A stretch of 34,954 nucleotides of DNA from Chrysochromulina tobinii (taxonomy: Eukaryota), in NCBI GenBank assembly GCA_001275005.1, contig JWZX01002851.1, positions 1-34,954 on the forward strand, in the 5' to 3' direction. The translations under genes were made by a program, and so were the position numbers. Positions 11,901-21,939 of this stretch are shown piece after piece (position 1 is the stretch's first letter; each line of letters begins with the position of its first letter). The notes beneath the pieces are model-generated. The model saw only the letters and a list, made by a program, of their open reading frames with translations, did not search any database and was not told where the DNA came from.

Positions 11901-12118
11901 ACTTCCGCCTCGAAGTTCGTCGTTGGCATCAGTTGTCCCTTCTTACCGTTAAGCTCAAGCTGGGCAGCTCTCTCCTCCTTCAACCGCAGCTGTTGCTTCG
12001 TTTTAGGACTAAGATTCGGAACCGCACCCCATCGCCACGGACTGGCACTCTCTGTTGACACAGGCCTGTCCTCTGGAGTGCTTCGGAGCTCGACGGTAAG
12101 CGCTGGGCCAGCGTTCAT
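4427..12118 (-). CDS. Four-domain voltage-gated cation channel alpha subunit (Cav/Nav superfamily), 2563 aa
   Basis: Single uninterrupted ORF with four 6-TM repeats (WNWIDG, FNIFDG, WNDLDF, WNVFDF). S4 helices LRAARLLRAMK, FRSLRLIRLLQR, LKSLRTLRALRPLRLLSK, LRLLRLAKVARLIRLIR. Four P-loops, III-IV linker MTDEQKEW, C-terminal EF-hand-like WQRLDPDGTYFI and IQ-like AAQMMQRTYRGFRAR. Confidence 0.95.
8930..8995 (-). repeat. GAC/GAT microsatellite encoding 22 consecutive Asp in the channel II-III linker
   Basis: Read directly as a gtc/atc triplet run, 66 nt, in frame with the channel. Confidence 0.95.
10536..10622. repeat. Tandem 30-bp repeat, about 3 copies, encoding GGGLSEDSR(S/T) in the channel I-II linker
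   Basis: The core cggctgtcctcagacagccccccgcct recurs at 10536, 10566 and 10596. Each unit contains the inverted repeat ggctgtc-ctca-gacagcc. Confidence 0.95.
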
Positions 12119-12262
12119 CGCGAGACCGATCTACTCACTGCAAGAAGTTTCGCTAACATGTAAGGAGAGTTCCTACACAGTCAAGTCAACTCAAGTCAGC
12201 TTCAATTATTGAAAAACTTAGACTGTGAATGTGAAATCGACCCGTTTTACGTGTATTCATTC
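12119..12262. promoter_or_regulatory. Putative bidirectional promoter shared by the channel and SET genes
   Basis: AT-rich 144-bp spacer with TCAAG pentamer repeats at 12181-12198 and tandem TGTGAA at 12224-12235. Confidence 0.5.
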
Positions 12263-12991
12263 ATGCGGTCCTGGATCTCCGGTCGAACATGGGAAGGCCG
12301 TCTCCCCGTAGGTGCTCGTTTGCGAGAGCCCTTCAGCCGCTGCGCCTCCCTGCGTGCGCATTCCATCCTGCATTCGCCGAGTCACGAGGTGCCCAACGAC
12401 GTCGACCCCGACACGGGACTGTGCGCCGGAGGCCAAGTGCGCATCGCCCACGCGCCAGGCAAGGGCTTGGGCGCCTTTGCGGAAGCACCACTGCCGGCTG
12501 CTGTTGCCCTCGGAAGCTACGCCGGAGAGGTGCTCACCATTGAGTCCATGCACATGCGCTATGGCAATGAGCGGCCCGGCGGCGACTGGCACAGCTGCTG
12601 GCTTGAGGAGCAGTGTCGCTTCCGCTCCGAGCGCTCTCGCCGCGGTGTCAGCACCACTGGAAGGTACATCTTCAAGTACGGCACTCACGCGAGTAGCGGG
12701 CTGTTGTTACTCATTGACGCTGAGGATCCGGACTTTGCCAACTGGACACGCTTCCTCAATCACTCGAGCAATCAGCCGAACCTCAAAGTGGAGAAAAGCC
12801 TGAGCGAGCGCAATGAGCCAGTGATCGGCTTCGTGACCGCGCGCGCCATCGAGATGGGTGAGGAGCTGCTCTTCGATTACGGGCCAAACTACTTTGGGGG
12901 GTCGCTGGATGCGCCAGTCGAGCAGGGAAGGCAGAGGATCGACACAGGCGACATCGTTGATACAACCCGGTCGGGTACAGTGCTGCGCTAA
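12263..12991 (+). CDS. SET-domain lysine methyltransferase (small, stand-alone SET)
   Basis: GKGLGAFA, GSYAGEVL, IDAEDPDFANWTRFLNHS, RAIEMGEELLFDYG. Start placed at the first ATG; the true 5' end is uncertain. Confidence 0.85.
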   Translation: MRSWISGRTWEGRLPVGARLREPFSRCASLRAHSILHSPSHEVPNDVDPDTGLCAGGQVRIAHAPGKGLGAFAEAPLPAAVALGSYAGEVLTIESMHMRYGNERPGGDWHSCWLEEQCRFRSERSRRGVSTTGRYIFKYGTHASSGLLLLIDAEDPDFANWTRFLNHSSNQPNLKVEKSLSERNEPVIGFVTARAIEMGEELLFDYGPNYFGGSLDAPVEQGRQRIDTGDIVDTTRSGTVLR

Positions 12992-13311
12992 GTGGCAACA
13001 TCTAGGGGCCGCATGTATAAGTAAGAACGGGTTGTCGTGCTCCGGTACAACCAATTTCGCGCTTGATCACGTTGAACGGTTTTTCTCGGCCCCAGTGTTG
13101 CCCACATCGCACTTATACGATTCAAATGATTTAAATGAAAGGACTCGGCTGAGTTACCGCCCGCCCGACTAAGCTCGCCCCTTCAGCGAACCAGAAGACC
13201 GGCCGCACTGCCCACTGGGCAGCACAGGGTGCTTCTCGTCTGGCACGGCGAGGGCGACGAGTTAGGCGACGAGTGTGCTTGCTCGGCTGTTTCCAACGTC
13301 TCCCGCGCCGG

Positions 13312-14484
13312 TCATGGTGTCGAGAGCGCATTAATGGCCAGCAGCTCGACGTCGTAGAGCAGACGTGCGTTCGGCGGCACGTTCCGTTTGGGCAGCCCCT
13401 TTGCGCCAAAGCCGAGCACGGGAGGCACGTCAAGAAGCCGGCGCTCACCCACACACATGCCCACGAGGCCAACGTCCCAAGCGGGAGGAAACTGGCCCGC
13501 CGGCTGCTTGCCCAGCACAAACTGCAGCGAGTCGTCGCCGAAGCGGCCAGCAAGCTCCATGCCATCGAAGACGGTGCCGTCGGCCAACCGCCCCGTGTAC
13601 CGTATCTCGACGAGGTCGCCACTTTGTGCGTTCCGCGTGCAGCGACTTTGCACCTCGAGCCGCCGTATGGAGAGCACCTGCTCGGGTTCGCCCAATGGGC
13701 CGCCGCCTGGCGCGACCCTGGTTGCGATGGGAGCCATGGCTTCTTCACGGTCTTTCGGCAGGTCGTTTAGCCGCTCGTTGAAGGCAAGCGCGTCCTTCAA
13801 GGTCACTTGCACCGGCCGCCCTTCGGCCTTGGCGCGCACGAGGCGTGCACTCACCTCCTTGGCGCTTTCGCGCTCGACATTGACGCCGTCGACTGCTACG
13901 ACGATGTCGTCGATCTGTACCTTGCCAGTGCTCGCCGCCTGGCCGCCTGCGACCACGTTGGCGACCAGCACGCGACTCGAGCCCTCGCGCGTGCCGTACT
14001 CGAAGCCGACGCGAAGGTCCTTAAGCTCGAGACCGAGCGGCCGGCTGCTATCGAACTCGAGGCTGTACTCGTCAGACAATGAGAGCGTGCCCACACTCGG
14101 AGCGGCGCCCTGCGATGAGACGAGTGGCGCCGGCCGTGCTCGGTTCTCTGTGCTGTAGATCGACTCGACCGCCGCCTGCTGCTTCCGCCGACGCTCCCCT
14201 GCGCTCAGCGGCGGTGCCTCATCTGCAAAGCGAAGGCCACGGTTTGGATCCTGCTCGCGCACGGCGGCGTATGGATCGGTGAGCTGCTGCTGCTGCTGCG
14301 CGGCCACAAAGGCCTCAAAGCTCGGAGCAGACGCCGTAAGGCCGTCGGCGCGTGCGAGCTGACACGCAGGGAGGCTCCCGAAGGCGGTAGCCAGCGATAA
14401 GAGGCGGCGGCGCGTAATTTCGGGCGGCGCTTTCAGGGCGGCGGCGGCAGCGGCGACGAGCAGCAAAGAGCTTCGAGCCAGCAT
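13312..14484 (-). CDS. PDZ + FKBP-type peptidyl-prolyl isomerase with predicted plastid/thylakoid-lumen presequence
   Basis: Signal peptide MLARSSLLLVAAAAAA, Tat-like TRRRLLSLATAFGSLPACQLARA, PDZ (PLGLEL..VLVANVVAGGQAASTGKVQIDDIVVAVDG) and FKBP (GDLVEIRYTGRLADGTVFD..GMCVGERRLLDVPPVLGFG..VPPNARLLYDVELL). Confidence 0.9.
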   Translation of the reverse strand: MLARSSLLLVAAAAAALKAPPEITRRRLLSLATAFGSLPACQLARADGLTASAPSFEAFVAAQQQQQLTDPYAAVREQDPNRGLRFADEAPPLSAGERRRKQQAAVESIYSTENRARPAPLVSSQGAAPSVGTLSLSDEYSLEFDSSRPLGLELKDLRVGFEYGTREGSSRVLVANVVAGGQAASTGKVQIDDIVVAVDGVNVERESAKEVSARLVRAKAEGRPVQVTLKDALAFNERLNDLPKDREEAMAPIATRVAPGGGPLGEPEQVLSIRRLEVQSRCTRNAQSGDLVEIRYTGRLADGTVFDGMELAGRFGDDSLQFVLGKQPAGQFPPAWDVGLVGMCVGERRLLDVPPVLGFGAKGLPKRNVPPNARLLYDVELLAINALSTP

Positions 14485-14699
14485 TCGTCGATCGCGTGCG
14501 GTGTGAAGAGCCGAACGTGAAGCCGGGTCAAGAAAGGGTGATCCCCGTCTTCGAGTGTGATTCGGGGACGAGCACGGAGCGTGTGTTCCAGCACTTTGGC
14601 ATGCTCTTCTGTGGGACAGGCTAACGACAATTTGACATCATCGCCTGGCTAATTACGAATCGACGGAAACCCCTGCCGCTCTAGAGCCACCTCCGAGTT

Positions 14700-15521
14700 C
14701 TAGGCACGCGGATCGAGTTCTTGTTTGAGCTGTTCGATCCTGATCCGTTCCTCGATCTTCTGCACCGCGGCCGTGTCGCCCCTCGCTCGCGCCAAATCTA
14801 GCACCTTGAGGAGCATTCCCGGAGGCGCAGCGTTTGCGTTGAGCCGCTTGGCGATCGGTTGTGGGTCCGGCGCTCGCTCATCGACGGACCGCCCGAAGAA
14901 TGACCTAATGTCCATAGCAGACTCACTCAGCCCCTGGGGCGGCAATCCTGTCGAGTCGGCTGGCAAACCAGCCATCCTCTTCGCAATCGCGGTGCGCTGT
15001 TCAATCGCATCCAGTGCAGTGAAGCTGTTTGGGTAGCGCGCATCGGTCAAGGTGCGAGAAATGGCGTGCTCTTCGAGTAGCGCTGCCTCGGCCAATATGG
15101 GCACACGGTACCGCATCGACAGTGCCACCGCCTCGAACATGCTGGGGCAGGGCACACCCTCACTCTCTGCATCTTGCAAGCAAAGAATGGCCGCGTCGAG
15201 AGTGCTCACAATCACATGGCGCAGCCTAGAATTCGAGCCGACGCGCTGTTCCAGCAGCTCGGGTGGAAAGGCCGGCCCACCCAGGTCGATGCCCTGCAGC
15301 AGCTGCAACAGCGTGAGCGCCTCCTGAGTGCCAGAAAATACCCGATCCTCGGCAACAACCAGCGGTAGAAGCCGCTCGCGAGGTCGATCGATGAGCAACG
15401 CGACGAAGCCATTCTTAGAGACGCTCAGCGCGTGAATGCTGCAAGGCACGATTACAGCTGATGCTGAATGGAGCAGCACGATGCCGACGAAGAGATGCAA
15501 TGGAGAGCACGCGACGCCCAT
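14700..15521 (-). CDS. Putative bifunctional-nuclease (DUF151/BFN)-like protein with signal peptide and UVR-like C-terminal helical hairpin
   Basis: Hydrophobic N-terminus ending SASA. GFVALLID..RLLPLVV, EALTLL and FEAVALSMRYRVPILAEAALLEE resemble the DUF151 pattern; C-terminal LDLARARGDTAAVQKIEERI. The ORF is solid, the family call is tentative. Confidence 0.55.
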   Translation of the reverse strand: MGVACSPLHLFVGIVLLHSASAVIVPCSIHALSVSKNGFVALLIDRPRERLLPLVVAEDRVFSGTQEALTLLQLLQGIDLGGPAFPPELLEQRVGSNSRLRHVIVSTLDAAILCLQDAESEGVPCPSMFEAVALSMRYRVPILAEAALLEEHAISRTLTDARYPNSFTALDAIEQRTAIAKRMAGLPADSTGLPPQGLSESAMDIRSFFGRSVDERAPDPQPIAKRLNANAAPPGMLLKVLDLARARGDTAAVQKIEERIRIEQLKQELDPRA

Positions 15522-15636
15522 TTATTTTAAAGGTCAACAAGTCCGCTGTGAAGAGTGGATTCTCGTAGACTTTCTCAAGCCCCTCCATGAACGATTGCGG
15601 AAAGTCATGATTATTTTTCGACGAAACGAGAAACTA

Positions 15637-16743
15637 ATGAGCGGCGCGGATCGTGGCAGACCCTCCACGACCCGTCACGAGGCGGACCTATCAGAATCGC
15701 GGGCATCGACGTCGGCAGTTACGTCCGCACCCTCGTGCACCTTCGATCCGTGCGAGCTCTCGCCCATGACTGAGTGGCGTGAGCTCTCTGATGGCGGCTA
15801 CTCGGAGGTGTACAAGGCCAAGCTGCTTGGCGTGACAGTGGCAGTCAAGGCGGCGACGGGCCGCAAGAAGACAAGCGGTGAGTCGCTCCTGCGCGAGATC
15901 CGCTATCTCCAGCTGTGCGGCGCGCACCCGAACATCGTACAGCCGTACGGCGCTTTTGTCGAGGAAGGCCGCATCCACCTCGTCCTCGAGTACGCGCGGC
16001 ACTGTCTGCGCACGGACCGCGTGGCGCGCTCGTGCGACCCGATCGTGGTGATGGCGGGCGTAGCGCGCGCGCTCGTGCGCATTCACTCGCTCGGCATCGT
16101 CCACCGGGACATCAAGTCGCGCAACGTCATGGTGGCCGTGGACAACCGCGCTTTGCTCATCGACTTCGGGCTCGCGTGCGACGTGGAGCGCGACGGCGAG
16201 GAGTGGCTGAGTCGCACGGTGGGCACCAAAAAGTACCGTCCCCCCGAAATGCGCGACGGCCGGCGCGCGCACTGCTCCTTGGACGTCTACTGCTTCGGGT
16301 TGGTACTTGAGAAGCTCGTACGCCAGCGGCGTGACCGCACCTCCTCAGATGACTCGCACGCGCGCTCGCACCGCGACCTACCTAGGAAAGACGCGGATTC
16401 AGGGCGGCACGAGCGGCACGACTGTCGGCTGTTGACCGACCTCGCCAGGCAGTGCACTAGCGAACGCCCACACGAGCGTCCGACGGCCTGGACGCTGCTG
16501 CAGAGGCTGCAGAGGCACTGTGGGGAGAGTGTAAGCCGTTGCGACTCGGCGCGTGAACGCGTGCCGCTTCACGATGCGCTGCACGCGTGCCGCGAGCGCG
16601 AGCGCTCCGCGAGCGCTATCGCCAAGCAGAGCGGCAGCGCCGAAGACGAGCAGCGCGAGCGCAAGCGCCGACGCCTTGACGATGGTCGGATCAGTGGGAT
16701 GCGAGTGGCTGATGGAGGCAGCGAGATCGACAAGGAAGAGTAA
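15637..16743 (+). CDS. Ser/Thr protein kinase (TKL-like)
   Basis: LSDGGYSEVYKA, VAVK, LLREI, HPNIV, HRDIKSRN, IDFGLA, GTKKYRPPE, DVYCFG, RPTA and a basic C-terminal RKRRR. The upstream part of the ORF overlaps the neighbouring gene, so the start is set at ATG 15637. Confidence 0.92.
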   Translation: MSGADRGRPSTTRHEADLSESRASTSAVTSAPSCTFDPCELSPMTEWRELSDGGYSEVYKAKLLGVTVAVKAATGRKKTSGESLLREIRYLQLCGAHPNIVQPYGAFVEEGRIHLVLEYARHCLRTDRVARSCDPIVVMAGVARALVRIHSLGIVHRDIKSRNVMVAVDNRALLIDFGLACDVERDGEEWLSRTVGTKKYRPPEMRDGRRAHCSLDVYCFGLVLEKLVRQRRDRTSSDDSHARSHRDLPRKDADSGRHERHDCRLLTDLARQCTSERPHERPTAWTLLQRLQRHCGESVSRCDSARERVPLHDALHACRERERSASAIAKQSGSAEDEQRERKRRRLDDGRISGMRVADGGSEIDKEE

Positions 16744-17283
16744 CTAGTGCTGCTGAGAGGAGGCGGCTCACGACGACGCATCTTGGTCGAGCGGGGCCTC
16801 AGGGAAGAAGTGCCATTTCACGGCCCGCGTGCCGCCTGCGGGAACAAAAGAAACGGAATGCGTGCATGTCCAATGGTTCGTTGCGTACACGTCGGTGACG
16901 ATGGCCGCCGCTACCGCGACGACGGTCTCGACATCGTGCATGGCACGTCTGTGTGTGGCATGATTGTCGGGAGATCACCATCTTTAGGGTAACCGTACCT
17001 GATTAGTGAAAGTTCCCTCCCGCTAATGGGATGTCAAAGTCTCGCGTGCATCTTGCAGTGCATGCTCGCGTGGCGCCCGCCGGCCCGCGCCGGCCCCGGC
17101 CGCGCCCGCGCCCGCACATCGTCCGTTTCTAACGTCGTTCGGTTGCGATGAAATTCGTGTTCATTGACGTTAGTAACTTTTAGAGCCGATCCGACGTCGC
17201 GATACTAGACTGGGACGCATTTCCGCGCAGCCGATGACAGCCGGCATGCCGGATGCAGGGTGAGGATGTGGGATAGAATTGGG

Positions 17284-18075
17284 CTACTCGGGGATGAAGG
17301 CGGCCGCAACGTCTGACCCTAGGAAGCGGTCGACGAGTGCCAGCGTGCCCCGCGGCTGCCCGCCCGCTGCCACGCGGTGCCTCCCGAGCACTGTCTCAGG
17401 CTCGAGGGGCCACTGGGTGATGTCGTCGTCCCACGCCCTCCTGCAATGGTCGGGCGGCGGTGCGGGCGGCATGTCCGACTTGATCGGTACTTCGGAGGCC
17501 CATCCGCCGTCGGTCGCCTTCCACATCGCAGCTATCGGCTCGCGCAGCTCCGTGTGCGCCTCGCACTGCTTGACGACCTGCGGCGAGAAGCCCCCTAGAG
17601 GTACTGCGACCCCTGTCGGCGCCTTGGCGGGGGTGCCATCCCGTTGTCGGCTGACCTTCCACTCAGTCGGTGGCAGCCATGGCCGCGCGACCGAGCCGCG
17701 TCGGTACGTCGGCTGAGCCTCCGCTCGAAGGGTGTGCCGCGTCAGCGGCAGCGACCGCTCGTCGCAAGGGCCGCATGTTTTGGGTGCCGGCGGAGGGCGG
17801 TTGAGGCTGCCGCCGCCGATTGCGCGAGAGCGAGGCCAAGCGGCTGGTGGCGGACTGGCAGTGTCACGTGGCATGGTCGGCCTGGCTGCGGCGCGAAGGT
17901 GAGCCGGCGGATCTTCGAGAATGCGAGGCCCGCGGCGGGTGGGCGCAACACCTCCATTGCGCAGCCACGGTCGGTCTGGTTCTTTCTCGGGTGGCGGGCC
18001 GAAATTAAATGGTCGTGTTCCGGGCCATCGGTCAAGGGCCTCACGCGTGGAAGGGAAGAAGACGGAGGCCGCCAT
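17284..18075 (-). CDS. Hypothetical Pro/Arg-rich protein (about 263 aa)
   Basis: Long ORF from MAASVFFP, fills the gap and is divergent from the next gene across an AT-richer spacer. No recognisable domain. Confidence 0.5.
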   Translation of the reverse strand: MAASVFFPSTREALDRWPGTRPFNFGPPPEKEPDRPWLRNGGVAPTRRGPRILEDPPAHLRAAARPTMPRDTASPPPAAWPRSRAIGGGSLNRPPPAPKTCGPCDERSLPLTRHTLRAEAQPTYRRGSVARPWLPPTEWKVSRQRDGTPAKAPTGVAVPLGGFSPQVVKQCEAHTELREPIAAMWKATDGGWASEVPIKSDMPPAPPPDHCRRAWDDDITQWPLEPETVLGRHRVAAGGQPRGTLALVDRFLGSDVAAAFIPE

Positions 18076-18264
18076 ATTGTCCGGGTAGCGCAGAAAGCTG
18101 GTTCCGACTCGTCTCCGCCATTTTCCAAGTCGCGGCGGCAAAGCGGCTATGAAGAGACAATTTCTGTCTCTTATCACGATCCTTGTGAAAGACGAGAGAG
18201 TATTCGCAGTTGACAACGAATTCGAGAAAACTCGTAAAGCGGTGGTTACCCGCGTTGAACTGTT

Positions 18265-19696
18265 ATGCTCGCAATGGGAGCCGACGCCATTGGCGCGCAG
18301 CCCAAGGGTTTGACGCTGTCGGTGCGAGCGCCCGCCGCCAAGCGCGGCTCATGCGTTCCACGCCACTCACCGCGAGTCTCCCACCGCCGCTCGTGTGCAG
18401 GAGGCGTTCACGCGCACATTTGATGTCTTCCCGTACGAGCAGCCAACATTTGCGGGCTCCTCGCAGACGCAGACGATGGGCGCCTCTTTTCCGAAGCGCT
18501 CGGGGGCGACGACGGGCAGCACCTACGGCTTCGGTTCCGCGACGCTCCGCTTCCAGAACGAGATGTACGGCTCGCACCTCTCTTACGGCAAGGCCAACAA
18601 GGCCGTCATTGAGCTCAGCGACTCGATCGAAGCTCGCGTCGTGCCCGGCACCGTCAACACGCTCGCGGCGGTGGCGCCGTCGCGCGATCTGCCCGATTAC
18701 GCGTCCAATTTCAAGTGCGAGCCCGGCCACACCTTTGCCAAAACTGTCTCGCGCGATGCGCCGCCTGGCGAGGACGGCAAGCCTCGCTTCTGGGTGCAGC
18801 CAAAGGATACGGGCGGCCTCTTCCCGGACGGCAACGGTGTGCCTGCGCCCTTCATCATGGAGGCGCCGCGCGGCGCGGGCCCACCTACGCAGCGGCACCA
18901 TGCGCCCACGCAGCTCCTCACGCCCGCGGAGCGGCGCGAGGCACTCGTGTTCGACAAGTGCCATGAGCGCGCACGCGCCACGCTGCGCAAGGCGCAGCAG
19001 GATGCGTGCAACCTGACGTATACGATGCAGAAGCGGTATCCGCACGGCGTGATGGGGCTCGAGGGCCCCGGCTGCCCCGACTCCATCATCTACAAAGCCG
19101 AGCGCGAGAGGCGAGAGGTCAAGGCCATCAAGGACTTCAACAACGCCGTCACGCGCTTCGAAAACCTTGCCGAGCGGCGCGACACACAGCTCGATTACCA
19201 GCTGCTTACACACGACTCCCACTCGACGGCCGTGGACAAGATGTTTACACATAAGGCTTCCTCGGCGCTGGGCATCCGCGGCGAACCCACCATCAGCGAC
19301 CCGTCCTCTTCGTACAACTTGCGGCCGAGTGAGAATGGGATCCGGGATTTGCCCTTCCGATCGAACCAGGAGCAGCGGCTGCGAGAGATGAACCCGGCGC
19401 GCACGGAGCGGCTGCACAACATCGGCACGCGGGGCAAGCCGTACGACATCATCAGCGGCGTCGCGCTCCCAGTGCGCCCCACCGCCGCAGACTCGACGAT
19501 GTTCGAGCACGACCGACGCGCGCACCCATCCAACCTGGCCGTGCCGCACGAGGGCGTGTTTGGCGGCTTCTCGACGACGGCACGCACCCGCGGCTTCACC
19601 GCGCCCACACTCAGCGGCCCCATCCCCGACGCCCACCAGAGTACGTGGCAGCCGCCCTCGCCCACGAGGGCGGGATCGAAGGTCTACATGAGCTGA
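18265..19696 (+). CDS. Hypothetical protein (about 450 aa), possibly cilium/axoneme-associated
   Basis: Exons 18265-18321 and 18401-19696 (intron GTGCGA..CTCAC..TGCAG 18322-18400). Strong C/G third-position bias. Motifs YGFGSATLRF and RGKPYDIISG. Confidence 0.75.
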
Positions 19697-20848
19697 TCCC
19701 GAAAGCGCGTCTGCCGCGGCCCTCTGACCGCGACTTTCTCAGTCGCCGCGCATGCAAGTGCTCACCACAGCGCCTCGAAGTTCTCAATTCGCCGTGCGTC
19801 CTGGGTCGCGCTCGCCGCTCGCATGCCGTGCTCGGCGATAGGAGTGCGCTCGAGTGCGCGCAACTCGCACCTAGGGTGTTGTGGTCCCCCCCCGCGGGAG
19901 AGAAGTTGTGGAGTTCGTCTCACGCGCACGCGCCATTTCCGTATACGGGTACATGCTACAGGTTTGGTGCACGCTGATCGCTTTCTGCATTCTTGCTTTT
20001 TCTGTGGCGGGGCGAACTCCTGGACTCGAGCCGCAGCCGGCGCTCGCCCGCACCGGCCACCGCCACCGGCGCGGCCCCAGCCCGCTGCCCGCGGGCCACG
20101 ACCGCGGTCCGCGCACGGTCCACGGATATCGGATTCGCACGAGCGAGCGCACAGGCTTAAAACACAATTTACAGGGGCTAAGCACACATACGACACTAGC
20201 AGCACGACAGGCGCGCCGACGAGGATCGCGACGTGCGCATTCCGAACGATGTCGATGCGTGTTGATGATTTAAGATGATCACTTGATCAGTTGATCAACA
20301 TACCCGCATAGGTTGATCCTAGAGCGGATAGACGCGCGGCCGACGCTCACACGCGATCGCCGGCGCTTTCGTGAAAGAGACGTGTATACCCTCGATGCCG
20401 GGCGTAGCCACCACGGATCGGCGCGGGCGCCCGGGCCGGGGCCGGTCGTGGCGTCGACCCCCCCCTGCAGGGGCTGCGGGCCACCCGCGCCGTGCGCGCC
20501 CCGCAAAACTAAGCAAAACTAATACGTCGCGCACACACCCGGTGTCCGGTTGCACGGTGTCTTCTCACCGATTCTGACGCTTTCGAAGTTACGGTTTAGC
20601 TTTCGGCCACATGACTTCATGTAGTAGTTGCCAACTTCACGAGCAATATTTGTTCACGAGGTGGCAATGCGAGGTGGGTGGAGGGTGAGCGCCTCACACG
20701 CTCGCCTTTTCGGGGCTGTGGGTGTGTGTCTGGCCGAGAGGGCCCTGAAACGAACGAACGAACGAACAACTTCACGAGAAACGAACAACCCGGACCGTCT
20801 TCACAGTCCGCTCGAACACCGGTCGAGCTGAAAAGACGTCCGCGGTCC

Positions 20849-21424
20849 ATGATGCCCCTCTCGCTCGTAATCGGGCTGGGACCGCTCGGAGTCGTGCTGC
20901 GGTCTACCGCAGTGTGTCGTCGGGAAGTAGTGCTTGCGAGCTTATCTTTTTCCTGTGGTGTGCACGCAGCCCACGCTGAGCCTCCGTCAGCAATCATAGC
21001 GACTGGAGTGGTTCAGCTTCAGAATGGCGCCACGGTCATCGGTGCTGCAGAGGCTGCCCTCTACGTGACTGTGCGCCCGGCCGAGGCAGGCGGCGGCGCT
21101 TTGCAAGCAGGAACCAAAGTAGTGCCACTTGCCACTGCACGTGTTGCGGCACCGATCGCGTTTCCATACAAATTTCAACTTACCGAAGCAGATTTGACCG
21201 CCGAGTACAAGAGCATCGAACTCTCATCAATCAAAAGTCTAGACTTGCTCGTGAGTGCCCGATTCGACGGCGATGGCGTCGCTGCGACTCGAGGGCCGGA
21301 TGATTTGGTTGGCCGTGGACTATTGCGAAAAGCTGGTTCCTGCGAGCCCACTCGCTGGAAACCGGCAATCGTCGAATTACAAGGGCGCGGGCTAACGGGG
21401 CGGCTGCTCACGGGTGGAAAATAG
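20849..21424 (+). CDS. Protein resembling the C-terminal Ig-like domain of CcmI/CycH (YbaY/YscW-like), with a Tat-like presequence
   Basis: MMPLSLVIGLG..CRREVVLASLSFSCGVHAAHA, then GVVQL..ALYVTVR..VPLATARV..FPYKFQL..LLVSARFDGDGVAATRGPDDLVG. Confidence 0.65.
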   Translation: MMPLSLVIGLGPLGVVLRSTAVCRREVVLASLSFSCGVHAAHAEPPSAIIATGVVQLQNGATVIGAAEAALYVTVRPAEAGGGALQAGTKVVPLATARVAAPIAFPYKFQLTEADLTAEYKSIELSSIKSLDLLVSARFDGDGVAATRGPDDLVGRGLLRKAGSCEPTRWKPAIVELQGRGLTGRLLTGGK

Positions 21425-21939
21425 TAGGCCTGCGTATTCCTATGCGCACACGTGAACCTTGGGTTCACTTCTCGTTCTCGCCATCTCCGATCTATCTGTA
21501 TCGTGCCATATGGTTCGCGCGGTCTCCCCGCGTAGCGTGGCGCACATGGTGGCGCAGACGCAGTGTCGCTCTCCGGACCGCGCGCGGGCCCGGGCGCGGC
21601 GTCTGGTCGTCTGTGTCGCGTGTGGCGGTTGCGACGTGGTTGTGCGCTCTAAGCCGGCTCAGACGATGGGAACCTTATGGGAACCGCTGTCGACGTTTTT
21701 ATAACACAGCATCACGTCTCTGTGAAAGGCCATGCCCGCCCGGTGAGGTTTTTACACGGGCAATGTACACGGGCGCGTGACGGGCTCGGGGCTGGGCGGC
21801 CGCGGCGGGGAGGGGCATTCTTGCGCGCGCAATGCGCGCAGTCGGCGAGGATCCGACCTCTCGACCGACCTCGGGCACGTCCACTCATTTTTTCCACACG
21901 CGCACCCCTCCTACTCGTCGGTCAGCGGCGAGGCCTCCC

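Noticed and set aside
18263..19636. 457-aa minus-strand ORF
   Set aside because: Antisense shadow of the + gene; GC-rich third codon positions suppress antisense stops. The same applies to 143-733, 1965-2774, 9671-10564 and 23026-23916.
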